This document shows positions 1 to 12,101 of a stretch of 64,000 nt of DNA, piece after piece (within the stretch, counting starts at the first letter, position 1; the number at the start of each line of letters is the position of its first letter). The DNA is taken from contig NC_068995.1 in assembly GCF_001194135.2 (NCBI RefSeq), positions 55,264,574-55,328,573 on the forward strand. The letters are read 5' to 3'. The notes below the pieces were generated by a model. The model saw only the letters and a program-made list of their open reading frames with translations, was not told the DNA's origin and made no database searches. Origin of the DNA: Octopus bimaculoides. Taxonomy: Eukaryota. The position numbers and the translations under genes were made by a program.

Positions 1-43
1 TATACATACACATAACACACAAACACACACACTCACTCACATC

Positions 44-82
<39 letters not shown>

Positions 83-140
83 ATATATATATATATATAT
101 ATATAAATACATACATATATACATACATACACACACATAT
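1..140. repeat. (CA)n/(TA)n microsatellite
   Basis: Direct reading of dinucleotide runs. Confidence 0.95.
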
Positions 141-605
141 TTGTATCAATATATCCATATATCCATTCATATGTGTGTGTGTGTCTGTCTCTGTGTGTGC
201 ACGCGGCTGATCGCTGGCGCGTGCGTGCGTGTGTGGGTGTACATGTGAGATCTCTGTGTAGATCCGGCATAGGTAAGTTTAAAGTGAAAAGCATTTCAAA
301 AGCGAATAATCGTGTGTAATTAGAATCACAGGTAATTTACATTTATCTGAAACAGGTATAAAGTAAATATTTTCGTATTTCAACACATGACAGTATGTAC
401 ACATCATCCATTGATGTCAAAATATATGATATTGCCTCGTGATTTTCTTTGCAATTTATGCAGAAGTACGTTTTCATGCATCCATGTATGTATATATGTA
501 TATATGTATGTATATATGTATATATATATAATATATATGTACTTATGTATGTATATATATATATAGAGAGAGAGAGAAAAAAGTGTCACTTGCATATAGG
601 CCTAC

Positions 606-678
<73 letters not shown>
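606..678. repeat. (TATC)n microsatellite running into a gap
   Basis: Perfect tetranucleotide run. Confidence 0.95.
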
Positions 679-2089
679 NNNNNNNNNNNNNNNNNNNNNN
701 NNNNNNNNNNNNNNNNNNNNNNNNNNNNNNNNNNNNNNNNNNNNNNNNNNNNNNNNNNNNNNNNNNNNNNNNNNNNNNNNNNNNNNNNNNNNNNNNNNNN
801 NNNNNNNNNNNNNNNNNNNNNNNNNNNNNNNNNNNNNNNNNNNNNNNNNNNNNNNNNNNNNNNNNNNNNNNNNNNNNNNNNNNNNNNNNNNNNNNNNNNN
901 NNNNNNNNNNNNNNNNNNNNNNNNNNNNNNNNNNNNNNNNNNNNNNNNNNNNNNNNNNNNNNNNNNNNNNNNNNNNNNNNNNNNNNNNNNNNNNNNNNNN
1001 NNNNNNNNNNNNNNNNNNNNNNNNNNNNNNNNNNNNNNNNNNNNNNNNNNNNNNTGTATATATATATATATATATATTATCTTTATTTCCTCCTGTTACT
1101 AGTTCAAAGTAAACCTGTTTTCAAAACTCACAGTAACCCTTGTGTACCTATGGTTTCTTAGAAATCCCTCATTTCTGGAAGATTAATTCAGGAGGGTTCC
1201 CTTTCAGTGTGTCTTGATAAAAATCTTGTTGAGTTGCATTCTACAAACCATGGATATGATCTTCCTCACTTTTTATTCTTTATTCAACGAATTGATTTTT
1301 ATAATCCCTCCCATAGACTCTAACCATATGATATTACTCGTAATTATATGTTTAACAACCATAAACAGGCAACTTGGACAACTAAAACCTAACGTTCGTT
1401 GTCACCGTATGCGGAGACCTCGAAATGTTAAATAAAAAGTGAGACATAATTACAATGAAGATCAAAAATACTTACTTATGTCACATCTAACTTAATGGAA
1501 ACATCAGAAAATCTTCAAAGATTTTATTAATATCTCACAATCCGTGTTTTGTCTTTGCCCACGCAACTCATATAATGTTGAAAGCTATAATCTAACTATG
1601 GGGAATCTGTTTCATATCTAAAAACCACTATATTTCGGACCAGTTATTACACTTTACATAAGTTACTAAACATACCCCACTATACAGATTCATATTCTGA
1701 ATTTCATTCAATAGCACGGTGCTCGGCTGATTAGAAAATAATTTCTTCTCAACTGCATGCTACAGACCATGCCATTTTCTCTCGAAAGGTTCTCCCTTCT
1801 AGAAATCCTCCCTGGCTCTCCTCTTTTCCCATAGGTGATCAATTCAATTACTACTTGTGCAGCGGACTCACCAGGCTGGGAGGAATAAAGCATTGCAGTG
1901 TACCGCCATCTCTAAATTACCTAATATAAATTGATTCACTACATTTAAACAAGAATATAAGTTGGAAGTATTTGATGGCAATATATTCATGTCTGTATCT
2001 TCCAATCATATTGTCACTCCCTGTCTGTCTTTTTCCATTCCCGTTTTCTTTCTCCCCCTTTTTTCTCTTTCTCTCTCTCCCTTTCTCTT

Positions 2090-2126
<37 letters not shown>

Positions 2127-3024
2127 CAATTTTTATTGTGTCTAAACAATTGTGACATATCTAACTCATCTTTTTCATATCGACGTTCATAAATCAAGTT
2201 ACAAGTTCATAACTCGATTGAAATTATCATCCATGAGTTCGAATTAACATCAAGAAGAATATAAACATAATAATGTGATCTCTGGTACCATTTATGTATT
2301 TATTTGCTGATGTTTTCTTTTTTCCTTAATAAAACATAAAAAGTATATTTCATCCTATTTATTTTATTTTATTGTTATTGTTCAACATCATGAAAGATTA
2401 TATGGAAAAAAAAGTCTTCCAAATCGAGTTCTGCCTGAATAAAAAGTCAAATATTTTCTACCCTTGATGTTTCAATATTTGGTGACAGGAACTCAAAAAG
2501 AGCGCTTGAGTTTAACTACCAATAAATTGTGCATCAATAGAAATCCGAAAATCATATATTTTATTTCTTGGAAATATGTTTCTAGATTATAAATATAATT
2601 ATGACTGTACTCATTTAGTTTTCGCAATTCATTATGTCGACTTTTGCTGATTTGGTGTATATATTTGACTGAGACGTTTGTCGTTCATAGCAATTATTTA
2701 CGACTTATTCAGAAGATGAAGGCTAATTCCTATGGTATTTTACCGCAGAGATTCTAAGACGGGGGTCATGAGGGAGAGAAAGACGTTGACATTGTCAACT
2801 CAGAGATCTCTATTCCAACCCGATGCTTGCAACAATCTTAACAACGTACTTTGTAAACCGAACAAAGTGACTGTTTAAGAAACACAACTTAGAATTAGAC
2901 ACTATAAAATCTACACAAATATGACTGTCATTTGTATAATGACAGTCATATTGTATGTCGGCGTATCTGTGTATATGAATACAAGTATTCATATCTGTGC
3001 GTGCGTGCGCACCTGTGTGTATCT

Positions 3025-3062
<38 letters not shown>

Positions 3063-3119
3063 ATATATATATGATTGACCGTTGACTGAACACTATTCAA
3101 TTTTTTTTCTCCGTGTTTT

Positions 3120-3219
3120 TCTCCTTGTCTCCGTATTCTTTCTGTTGAAGAGCGTAGCTCGAAACGTCAAAGACTTTCCGTATTCCCGAGCGTCATACTA
3201 ATATATACTTTTGTTATTT
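3120..3219 (+). mobile_element. Probable Penelope-like element terminal-repeat fragment, truncated by a gap
   Basis: Carries a minimal hammerhead-like motif; resembles a recurrent octopus repeat end (recollection); no RT or GIY-YIG sequence visible. Confidence 0.45.
3137..3173 (+). ncRNA. Minimal type-I hammerhead ribozyme-like motif, A6U core variant
   Basis: TCTTT (stem I) - CTGTTGA - A - GAGC gta GCTC (stem II) - GAA - ACGT (palindromic stem III) - C - AAAGA (stem I'); GUC triplet. Confidence 0.6.
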
Positions 3220-3751
3220 NNNNNNNNNNNNNNNNNNNNNNNNNNNNNNNNNNNNNNNNNNNNNNNNNNNNNNNNNNNNNNNNNNNNNNNNNNNNNNNNN
3301 NNNNNNNNNNNNNNNNNNNNNNNNNNNNNNNNNNNNNNNNNNNNNNNNNNNNNNNNNNNNNNNNNNNNNNNNNNNNNNNNNNNNNNNNNNNNNNNNNNNN
3401 NNNNNNNNNNNNNNNNNNNNNNNNNNNNNNNNNNNNNNNNNNNNNNNNNNNNNNNNNNNNNNNNNNNNNNNNNNNNNNNNNNNNNNNNNNNNNNNNNNNN
3501 NNNNNNNNNNNNNNNNNNNNNNNNNNNNNNNNNNNNNNNNNNNNNNNNNNNNNNNNNNNNNNNNNNNNNNNNNNNNNNNNNNNNNNNNNNNNNNNNNNNN
3601 NNTGTTGAAAAAAGCCACAATAACTATGCACCAACCCTATATATATATATATATATGTGTGTGTATGTGTGTATGTGTGTGTGTGTGTGTGTGTGTATGT
3701 GTGTGGTGTGTGTGTGCGCGCGTGCGTGCGTGTGTAGATATATATTCATAT

Positions 3752-3918
3752 AAAGTCGGAAAGATGGCAGAATCATGAACATGTCAGGCAAAATGATTAG
3801 CTCCATATCTTTCGGCTCTTCACGTTCTGGTTTCTAATCCCACCAACTACCAGTCAATTGTTGGGGACGATGTAATCGGTTTGTCCCTTCCATGAAAACA
3901 TTACTTGCCTTGAAACCA
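3752..3918 (+). mobile_element. tRNA-derived SINE, family A, degenerate and internally deleted
   Basis: Head ggcagaatc...ggcaaaatg, matching the reverse complement of the copies at 13.9-14.4 kb. Confidence 0.6.
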
Positions 3919-6229
3919 GCAACAGAACAGCGTCGCGTTCAGAAGGAATTTCGTAACCCCTGTCTCTTCTACTCCATGGCACCAAACCAAATCCACATAC
4001 ACCTGCAGGAAATATAATTTAAAACAAATTATCTATGTCGTAAATACCAATCTGTGCTTGAGGTAAAGTGCCACATTGCACGCCAATTATAGTTCCATAA
4101 ATATATACTGAAAGCGTGGCTGCTTACATACGGAAGCGATTGTGCATGATACATCAACTTTTCGAATTTGCCTTTTATATATCGAATATTCAGTTAACCT
4201 CATTTTAATCATTAAATTTCTCTCATTTTGAAATTACTTTCCTATATTTATGTTGAACATGTAGTCATATAACAAGGATTTTTTGGTTTTTGCTGTTTTT
4301 TGATCTTTAAAAAAAAATGTTAGATTTAGATTAAATTTTGCAAGTAAATCGAACACTCAATGCATATAAGCCAAGAACAGGAAATGAAAATCATTAAAAA
4401 TATATTAAAGAAGAAATTCATTTAGTTATGCTTAGGGAAGAGTAAATAATTTCAGTTTTTGTTACATTTAATTTCCCTTTTAAAATTTTCGGTAATCAAT
4501 GTCATTTCTAAACATGCTGAAATACCGTCCTTAAATTAATGCATGTTATATTTTTTTATACATGTTTTATCAAATTACACACATGGAAACTTCCCTCTTT
4601 AATTTACTACTGTCTTTCAACATATAGAAACTGTCTTTTTTTTTTTTACATCAATCTCTACAGCGGTAAACTTCTACCTGTCTTCCTCACTTATGATTGT
4701 GTTCGCGTGTGTGCGTTGTGCGTTTGTGTGCGTTTGCAGTTGTGCTTTTGTTTGTGTGGGTGTGTGTATTACTAGTATTTATTTAGGTGCGTCTGTGTGT
4801 TTGTTTGTGTGTGTTGGCGTGTTTGAGTGCGCTATGCAATATAAACTATAAACCTTCCTTTCACTTTGCTTCGTTTTACACTCCTTTATTCAAAGTTGCA
4901 TTGTAGCAGCTTTCTAAATCACTTTTACTTCTATTTCACATTAAGTCACTTAAACTACACTACACGAATAAACACACACACATACACACACACATACACA
5001 CGCACACACACATACACACACACACAGCAAGCACAGGCAGAGCATGCTCACACAAGCACACACTCGCACAATCACGTTCAAAGACGCGTAGACATAGACA
5101 TATATTAAATAATCTCATTCAATTTCCTTCTCTCACCCTCTGTATCTCTGTATCTTTTTTTATTTCTGTGAACACACAGATACACACAGATTCACACACA
5201 CACTATACACACACGCACACTTATATATATATATAAATATATAATGTACAGACATACATACACACACGTACGTACATATATACATATATGCATACGTACG
5301 TACCCACATATATTCAAAGGAAACTGGTTTTAACCAGATAAAACAACGTATGTATTGGGAAGAAAGCACAATATTTGTGTATAGCTGGTTATTTATTATA
5401 AGTTTTAGACAAATATATTTTAACTTATTGACAGCAGTTGCGATTGTTTGAAGTCAATGTCAACAAATTTTCGTATATATATATATATATATNNNNNNNN
5501 NNNNNNNNNNNNNNNNNNNNNNNNNNNNNNNNNNNNNNNNNNNNNNNNNNNNNNNNNNNNNNNNNNNNNNNNNNNNNNNNNNNNNNNNNNNNNNNNNNNN
5601 NNNNNNNNNNNNNNNNNNNNNNNNNNNNNNNNNNNNNNNNNNNNNNNNNNNNNNNNNNNNNNNNNNNNNNNNNNNNNNNNNNNNNNNNNNNNNNNNNNNN
5701 NNNNNNNNNNNNNNNNNNNNNNNNNNNNNNNNNNNNNNNNNNNNNNNNNNNNNNNNNNNNNNNNNNNNNNNNNNNNNNNNNNNNNNNNNNNNNNNNNNNN
5801 NNNNNNNNNNNNNNNNNNNNNNNNNNNNNNNNNNNNNNNNNNNNNNNNNNNNNNNNNNNNNNNNNNNNNNNNNNNNNNNNNNNNNNNNNNNNNNNNNNNN
5901 NNNNNNNNTATGTATGTATGTATGTATGTATGTATGTATGTATGTATATATCAAAGACGTAAGTGTGGGAAAGAGGATGATAAATATACAGGGAGTTGTA
6001 ATGCATAATATACGTCACCAAATTATGTATTGTGATACCATAATCACTGTAATATAAAAGTCATATAGACAATAGGACAGAAAGGACGAATAAAAATCCA
6101 TCTCGTCTTAATTTTTGACATGTCGCATCCATTTTAAATAAACTTCTTTGTATCCACTATATATTTCCTCAAATTTAATGAAATAGACATCTACGTCTGT
6201 AACTGATGGAATCAGTTATTACTAGGTGA

Positions 6230-7350
6230 ATATTGCTATTTACGACCACTTGGCTGCTGTTTTTCCCTTTTATCTACCGAACACCAATCCTGCCTTCCGT
6301 CTCAATCACATTTTATCTCCCTTACACAAGCCCTTATCTTCTAACCCTAATGGAATAGAAATCGATGTTCATCGATACATTTTATCAGAACATCCGAATC
6401 CCCTTTTGTGTGACTTACACTAAGTGTTTTCACAAGTCTCCCCTTTGCTGAGATTGTCGCCACACTAAATACCTCGGCTTTCTAGCTAATTACTGTAATA
6501 TTGTTGCTTACCACTAACATGGTTCCGAATTCTTCTATCTTGTTCGTTGTTCTTGCTTATACCCACATTTTCACTAAGTTTTCTAGGAATGCAATTTAGC
6601 TATAACTCCGTTCTATTAGCCGCTATTTCAGCCCCATCTCCCTTACCAAGAAACAATTCTGTCTGTTCACAAAGTTCATTAATATATTCCAACCTATATT
6701 GGAATTCAAATCGTTTGCGATACTCCCATCAATTCCCTTATATCTTTGTCTCTATCACTTCCCCAGTGATGGTATTCATGGTATGTGTCCGAGTTGCATT
6801 CGATAGTAAGAGGTTACAGGCAACCGCAGGTATCACCATCTTAGAAGTAACGGTATAGATCGCAGCAACGGTGAACATGATGTTGGCAGGCAATTCGACC
6901 AATCATAGCAGTGCCGAAGATGGTGTGTATTGGAAGTTTAAAGGAGCTACTGGCCCAACTCCTATAAATTATTTATCTTCGATTTAAGTCGGTGGTTCAA
7001 TAAGAATTCCTTGATGTGGAGATTACCTCTATATACATTCCCTGTGACCAGTATGGGATATCTATCTCGTTGGTATGATTTTTGTATGCTTGATAAACCA
7101 CTTATGTACGCAAAACCTTGCTCATCTTGCAGATGGTATAATTCTCATGACTGTTGTTGCGTGAGAGACCTTTTTCCTAATAGGTGTCTACGCACGGGCT
7201 CTCCCGAGTGGGTCAGTAAGTTTTTCAGACCATCCCTACGGATAGACTAATGAGTATCCAACAGTAGTCTCTTGTGAATGTGAGGGCCCTTTGGAAGCAG
7301 GTGCTAGAGAGATTCCTCTTGTCATCTTTATTTGGAGTGTGTCCGAGTAG
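6230..7350 (-). mobile_element. Heavily decayed LINE 5' region, probably RTE-clade AP endonuclease plus 5' UTR
   Basis: Purine-rich minus strand; frameshifted pieces DIRELMGV, GKGDGAEI, NGVI, RKLSENV, ITVIS occur in the order expected for an RTE APE domain. Confidence 0.45.
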
Positions 7351-8080
7351 AGTGCTGTTAACAGACACTGGGTAGCCGTTGATTCCCAGAATCTTGAGTG
7401 GGTTGGTGCGTGTGCATGTATGCGTGTGTTGGGGTGTATTTACGTTTGTATGCAGACATATACCAACACATATATAAGTAAATGTGTGAGACAGAGAGAG
7501 AAAGAGTGCATGTGCGTGTGAGTGTGTGTGTGTGTGTATGTCTGTGTATGTATGTGTGTGTACGTAGATACATATACATATTTATACATATATTTAGAAA
7601 TACATAGACACCTTTATAGATATATCTGTATATATATCTATAGCTTTATATGTACGTATCTCTATGTACGTTTAGGAGTGCATGCGTAGGTGTGTGTGTA
7701 TGTAAATACAAGCTCATTAGCGATTGTATAAATGTGGCAAATTTCGATGTTGGGAATATACGAATGTTGTCCTACAGCTGACGTCGATACAGGAATGCAT
7801 TTATGCTATTTGAAGGACGAATTATTTTCGAAATAAAATCGATAATAAACCCTCCTGCCAGCAATATCATAAAATATGCAATAATTTACATATTGTCGAA
7901 ATTTCATATATTTCGAGCAAGACCGTTTTGACATACATTTCTCTATGATAGCGGTTATAAAATATAAATAACTTAATTTCATCTATATTAAAAAATTTAT
8001 GTAGAAAATTTCAAATAAAACTTCACACACACACGGTCACTCACAGCGACACTAACAAATACATACATACATACATATAT

Positions 8081-8099
8081 ATTATTATTATTATTAATA

Positions 8100-8130
<31 letters not shown>

Positions 8131-8159
8131 CATTATTATTATTATCATTATTATTATTA

Positions 8160-8217
<58 letters not shown>

Positions 8218-8318
8218 CATTATTACTATTATCATTATTATTATTATCATTATTATTATTATTATTATTATCATTATTATTATTATTATTTTTATTATTA
8301 TTATCATTATTATTATTA

Positions 8319-8364
<46 letters not shown>
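8081..8364. repeat. (ATT)n with ATC interruptions
   Basis: Direct reading. Confidence 0.97.
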
Positions 8365-8632
8365 NNNNNNNNNNNNNNNNNNNNNNNNNNNNNNNNNNNN
8401 NNNNNNNNNNNNNNNNNNNNNNNNNNNNNNNNNNNNNNNNNNNNNNNNNNNNNNNNNNNNNNNNNNNNNNNNNNNNNNNNNNNNNNNNNNNNNNNNNNNN
8501 NNNNNNNNNNNNNNNNNNNNNNNNNNNNNNNNNNNNNNNNNNNNNNNNNNNNNNNNNNNNNNNNNNNNNNNNNNNNNNNNNNNNNNNNNNNNNNNNNNNN
8601 NNNNNNNNNNNNNNNNNNNNNNNNNNNNNNNN

Positions 8633-8701
8633 CTTCTTCTTCTTCTTCTTCTTCTTCTTCTTCTTCTTCTTCTTCTTCTTCTTCTTCTTCTTCTTCTTCT
8701 T
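8633..8701. repeat. (CTT)n microsatellite
   Basis: Direct reading. Confidence 0.97.
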
Positions 8702-10868
8702 CCCTGCCAAGAATTCACAACGGCCCCGAACCCACTGGTTTCGAGCAGCAGTACTTTCCCAAAACCAACATCTGGTTATTTGTTTAGAATTTTCAGTGCA
8801 ATCAGAAATGTCTAATTAATCGTAGACTTCTGCGCATTGAGAGGTCACAGCTCCGTTCCTACGGGCGTAAGATTAGGACGTCTCAAGAAAGACTACGAAA
8901 ACGGATTATTTATCCCGAGCGAAGCCCAGGAAGCGACATGGATTGCTAATATCCTTAGCCTCAGTCATTCGCGCCCACGTTTATATAAATCTGCTTTTGT
9001 TATTAAAAGTATGTATGTACAGACACACATCTTCACATGTGCGTGTTTTGAAGCTGCATATCTTTTTTTCATAGCGTTGTCTCTGAATGCGTATATATAT
9101 TTTATAAAGTGTATCTTTAAATGTATTTTTATCGTTTTGACCCTGGTTTGATTGTACGATTTGATTTTGATATCCTGGAATGCAAATATATGCGGGTGTA
9201 AGCAAATTACTAGTTGTAATATATTTAACTGATGTATACATTAACAAGCTGAGAAGACTATCTAATTAAGTCATGCTGTACAAACCCAGAACAAAAGAGG
9301 CCAGAATTCATTAGAACCAGTAGTTTGATAAGTAAATTAGTCAGCTTTTATTAGATGTCAAATGTAATATATTTAGTTACCATACGAAATATTATCACTC
9401 TGTCTTCTCGATAAATTATGGGGAAATCATTCAAGGAAATCAATATCATATATCATTGTTGTAATAACAGGTTTACCACAAATCGAACATATGGCATCCC
9501 TTCTTGCCAATAATATCTACATTTCTAATTATATATGTACGTAAGTGCTCTTTCCTTCGAATCCATTATCAATTGATTTCTTAGGCACAAAAACTTAAAT
9601 TACAGAGGGGAATTGATTTGTGACGCTCATGCATTTCTTGGTATTATTTATAGCGTAAATGACATTCAAAATTCTCAACCGCTTAACACGTTTTCTAAGA
9701 TGTCAATTTGTATGAGTGTATATATGTTTTAATGACTCTAGTTATATAAACATTTTGCGTAGGTAGAGGCATGGCTAATGAGACAGAATTTCTGATATAT
9801 TCTGAATAAGTTAATGAAGACGAACAAAGACAGTGAAATTCGCTGTCTTTTGTCTGCAACGAAACTTCATCAAAAATCAATAGTTATGTATTCCATTCAA
9901 ATTCTGAGATTCACATCTTATATTTCAATTCTAAAACAAAGAAATAAGTATTTAGTTTCTCAACACATTTTTCAATTTCCCTCATATCTAATTGTCATTA
10001 AACATTAGGAAGTCCTTAACCGTTAAGACATGTTCATACGTGCAGCCTTAAGTAATATTATATGAATTTATTCAGAAGATATAAACAATAAAATATATTT
10101 ACACACGACTCGCAATCACATTGAGAAAAAGGCTTTGAGAATAAACACGACGACTTCTTTGTGAGATTCTATTTATACTGATTTATCTCTCTAATTGATT
10201 ATGATTTCCTTACGCTGTACCAAAACTGAATTCTTCCCCTTAAAACATTTTAATGAGATTAGAATATAATCTTGATTAGTTCTAAAAGTCAGTTACACAG
10301 AAGGACAATCGATTTCCAATTTTAGAGTATTATTTAAATTATGAAAGCTACGAAATAGCAATTTTTGTATCTTACATAAAGCAGTTACTTCACTAACTGT
10401 CCGATAAACTGTGGCATTTATTTCGATATATCATCTCTTACAGTTTATAAATTAAAAACAGAGATATATCCGTGGTGGGCGAAAATCGTCAAGTAGCAAA
10501 GGCGACATTCCCAAATACATAATTCTGCGTTACGTCAGTAGCAAATATTGACGGACAACTGCAGGTAAGGACAAATTAGCCGCTACAGATACTAAATACA
10601 AATGCAGTGATTGAGAAATTGCCAAAGTCGCAATTAGCCGGCATGCTGAATAAAATTTAGTTATGTGTGATCCAAGCAGAATTAGTTTAAAACAGAAATC
10701 AGGATATCATACTTAAAGAAGATACGTCGTGTAAAAGACAAGGAAATATGTGAGCAATTATGTAACGTTAAATTATGTCTATCCTCTTATTCCATTATAT
10801 TCAGGGGAACAACTTAATACCAGTAAGGTTTAATCATCATAAATGTGTGGCTTACTGGTTACGGTATT

Positions 10869-10869
10869 C

Positions 10870-10940
<71 letters not shown>

Positions 10941-10988
10941 TAGATAGATAGATAGACAGATAGATGGATAGATAGATAGATAGATAGA
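10869..10988. repeat. (GACA)n/(GATA)n compound microsatellite
   Basis: Direct reading. Confidence 0.97.
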
Positions 10989-10996
10989 CACTTTTG

Positions 10997-11224
10997 TCAC
11001 GTGCCAGACAGCAGATAGGTGGATTGCATAACGCTTTTTGAAATCGCCTTTGAAATCGCCTTTGAAATCGCCTTTTTGAAATCGCCTTCGTTCAGATTAT
11101 CTTGAAGCGTTGCTGCGACTTCTGCCTCATATACGACGGTGTTATCATCCAAATGGACAAGCTTCACGTTCTCGACAATTACAACAGGGGCTGCTCTTTT
11201 GATGATTCCAGCGAGGGATATTTC
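10997..11224 (-). pseudogene. Coding-like inserted fragment, 75 codons stop-to-stop, product unknown
   Basis: EISLAGIIKRAAPVVIVENVKLVHLDDNTVVYEAEVAATLQDNLNEGDFK...; about half of the non-repeat codons start with G; flanked by TCACGTG direct repeats. Confidence 0.45.
11037..11088. repeat. Four-copy 12/14-bp tandem repeat (TTTGAAATCGCC)
   Basis: Direct reading; two units carry 2 extra T. Confidence 0.95.
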
Positions 11225-12045
11225 TCACGTGAGAAAACTTAAATGTATTAGGACAGATTGATACAACAATACACAATATATAAACGAAATAACATTAAGT
11301 GCACAATGAATCTGCAGTACTACTTCTACTACGGTGCATTTGTTTTGGTCTCTTGATTGACAAGGGCAAACATCGGCAGCTGAATAAGAAAAGACAGAAA
11401 TTGTTAATATTTTATAATTATATATTAAACCTGATTAAAGTATTTTTAAAGAAAACAAGAATATTATTTCTCTTAATCTTTAATTGCGATGTCATAGATT
11501 TCTAATATTCGAGGTGCACTCGTAACAGAAGAGATATGAATGTAACAAATTAGCTGAATACAACATGTTTTTCTTCTGATAGTGGTGATGGTGTTGGTTT
11601 GGATCGATTAGCTTTAAGCTTTTACAAGTAATGATATAGCTGATGTATAATCAGCTGTGACAATCCTTGATATTTTAGGAGGAATATACTAAGCTATATT
11701 ATCTCATGCGTAAAAGATAGGAATACATCTTGGCATATGTTCTTTCCCTTTTTTCAGGTAACAATTCGGTTTATGCGGCAATTTGCTAGTTATTTCTGGC
11801 AGAACAAGTGACCATATCCAGGATTTTCCCAGGTTTCTTTTGTGCTTGTCCGTTTCCATTTTACTAAATCATTAATGTAGATTCAATCGATTTTTTAAAA
11901 TGTAATTCCATGCAAATTTTATTCATTTTAAGATCTTCCTATGAACTAAGCTAACAATTCTGTTGCACATGCATACATACACACAAACGCAGACACTCAC
12001 ACACACACATACATAGGTACATACATATATATACATACAGACATG

Positions 12046-12101
<56 letters not shown>

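Noticed and set aside
10470-10572. CRE-like TTACGTCA and a cag|GTAAGG donor
   Set aside because: Isolated motifs with no acceptor or convincing frame
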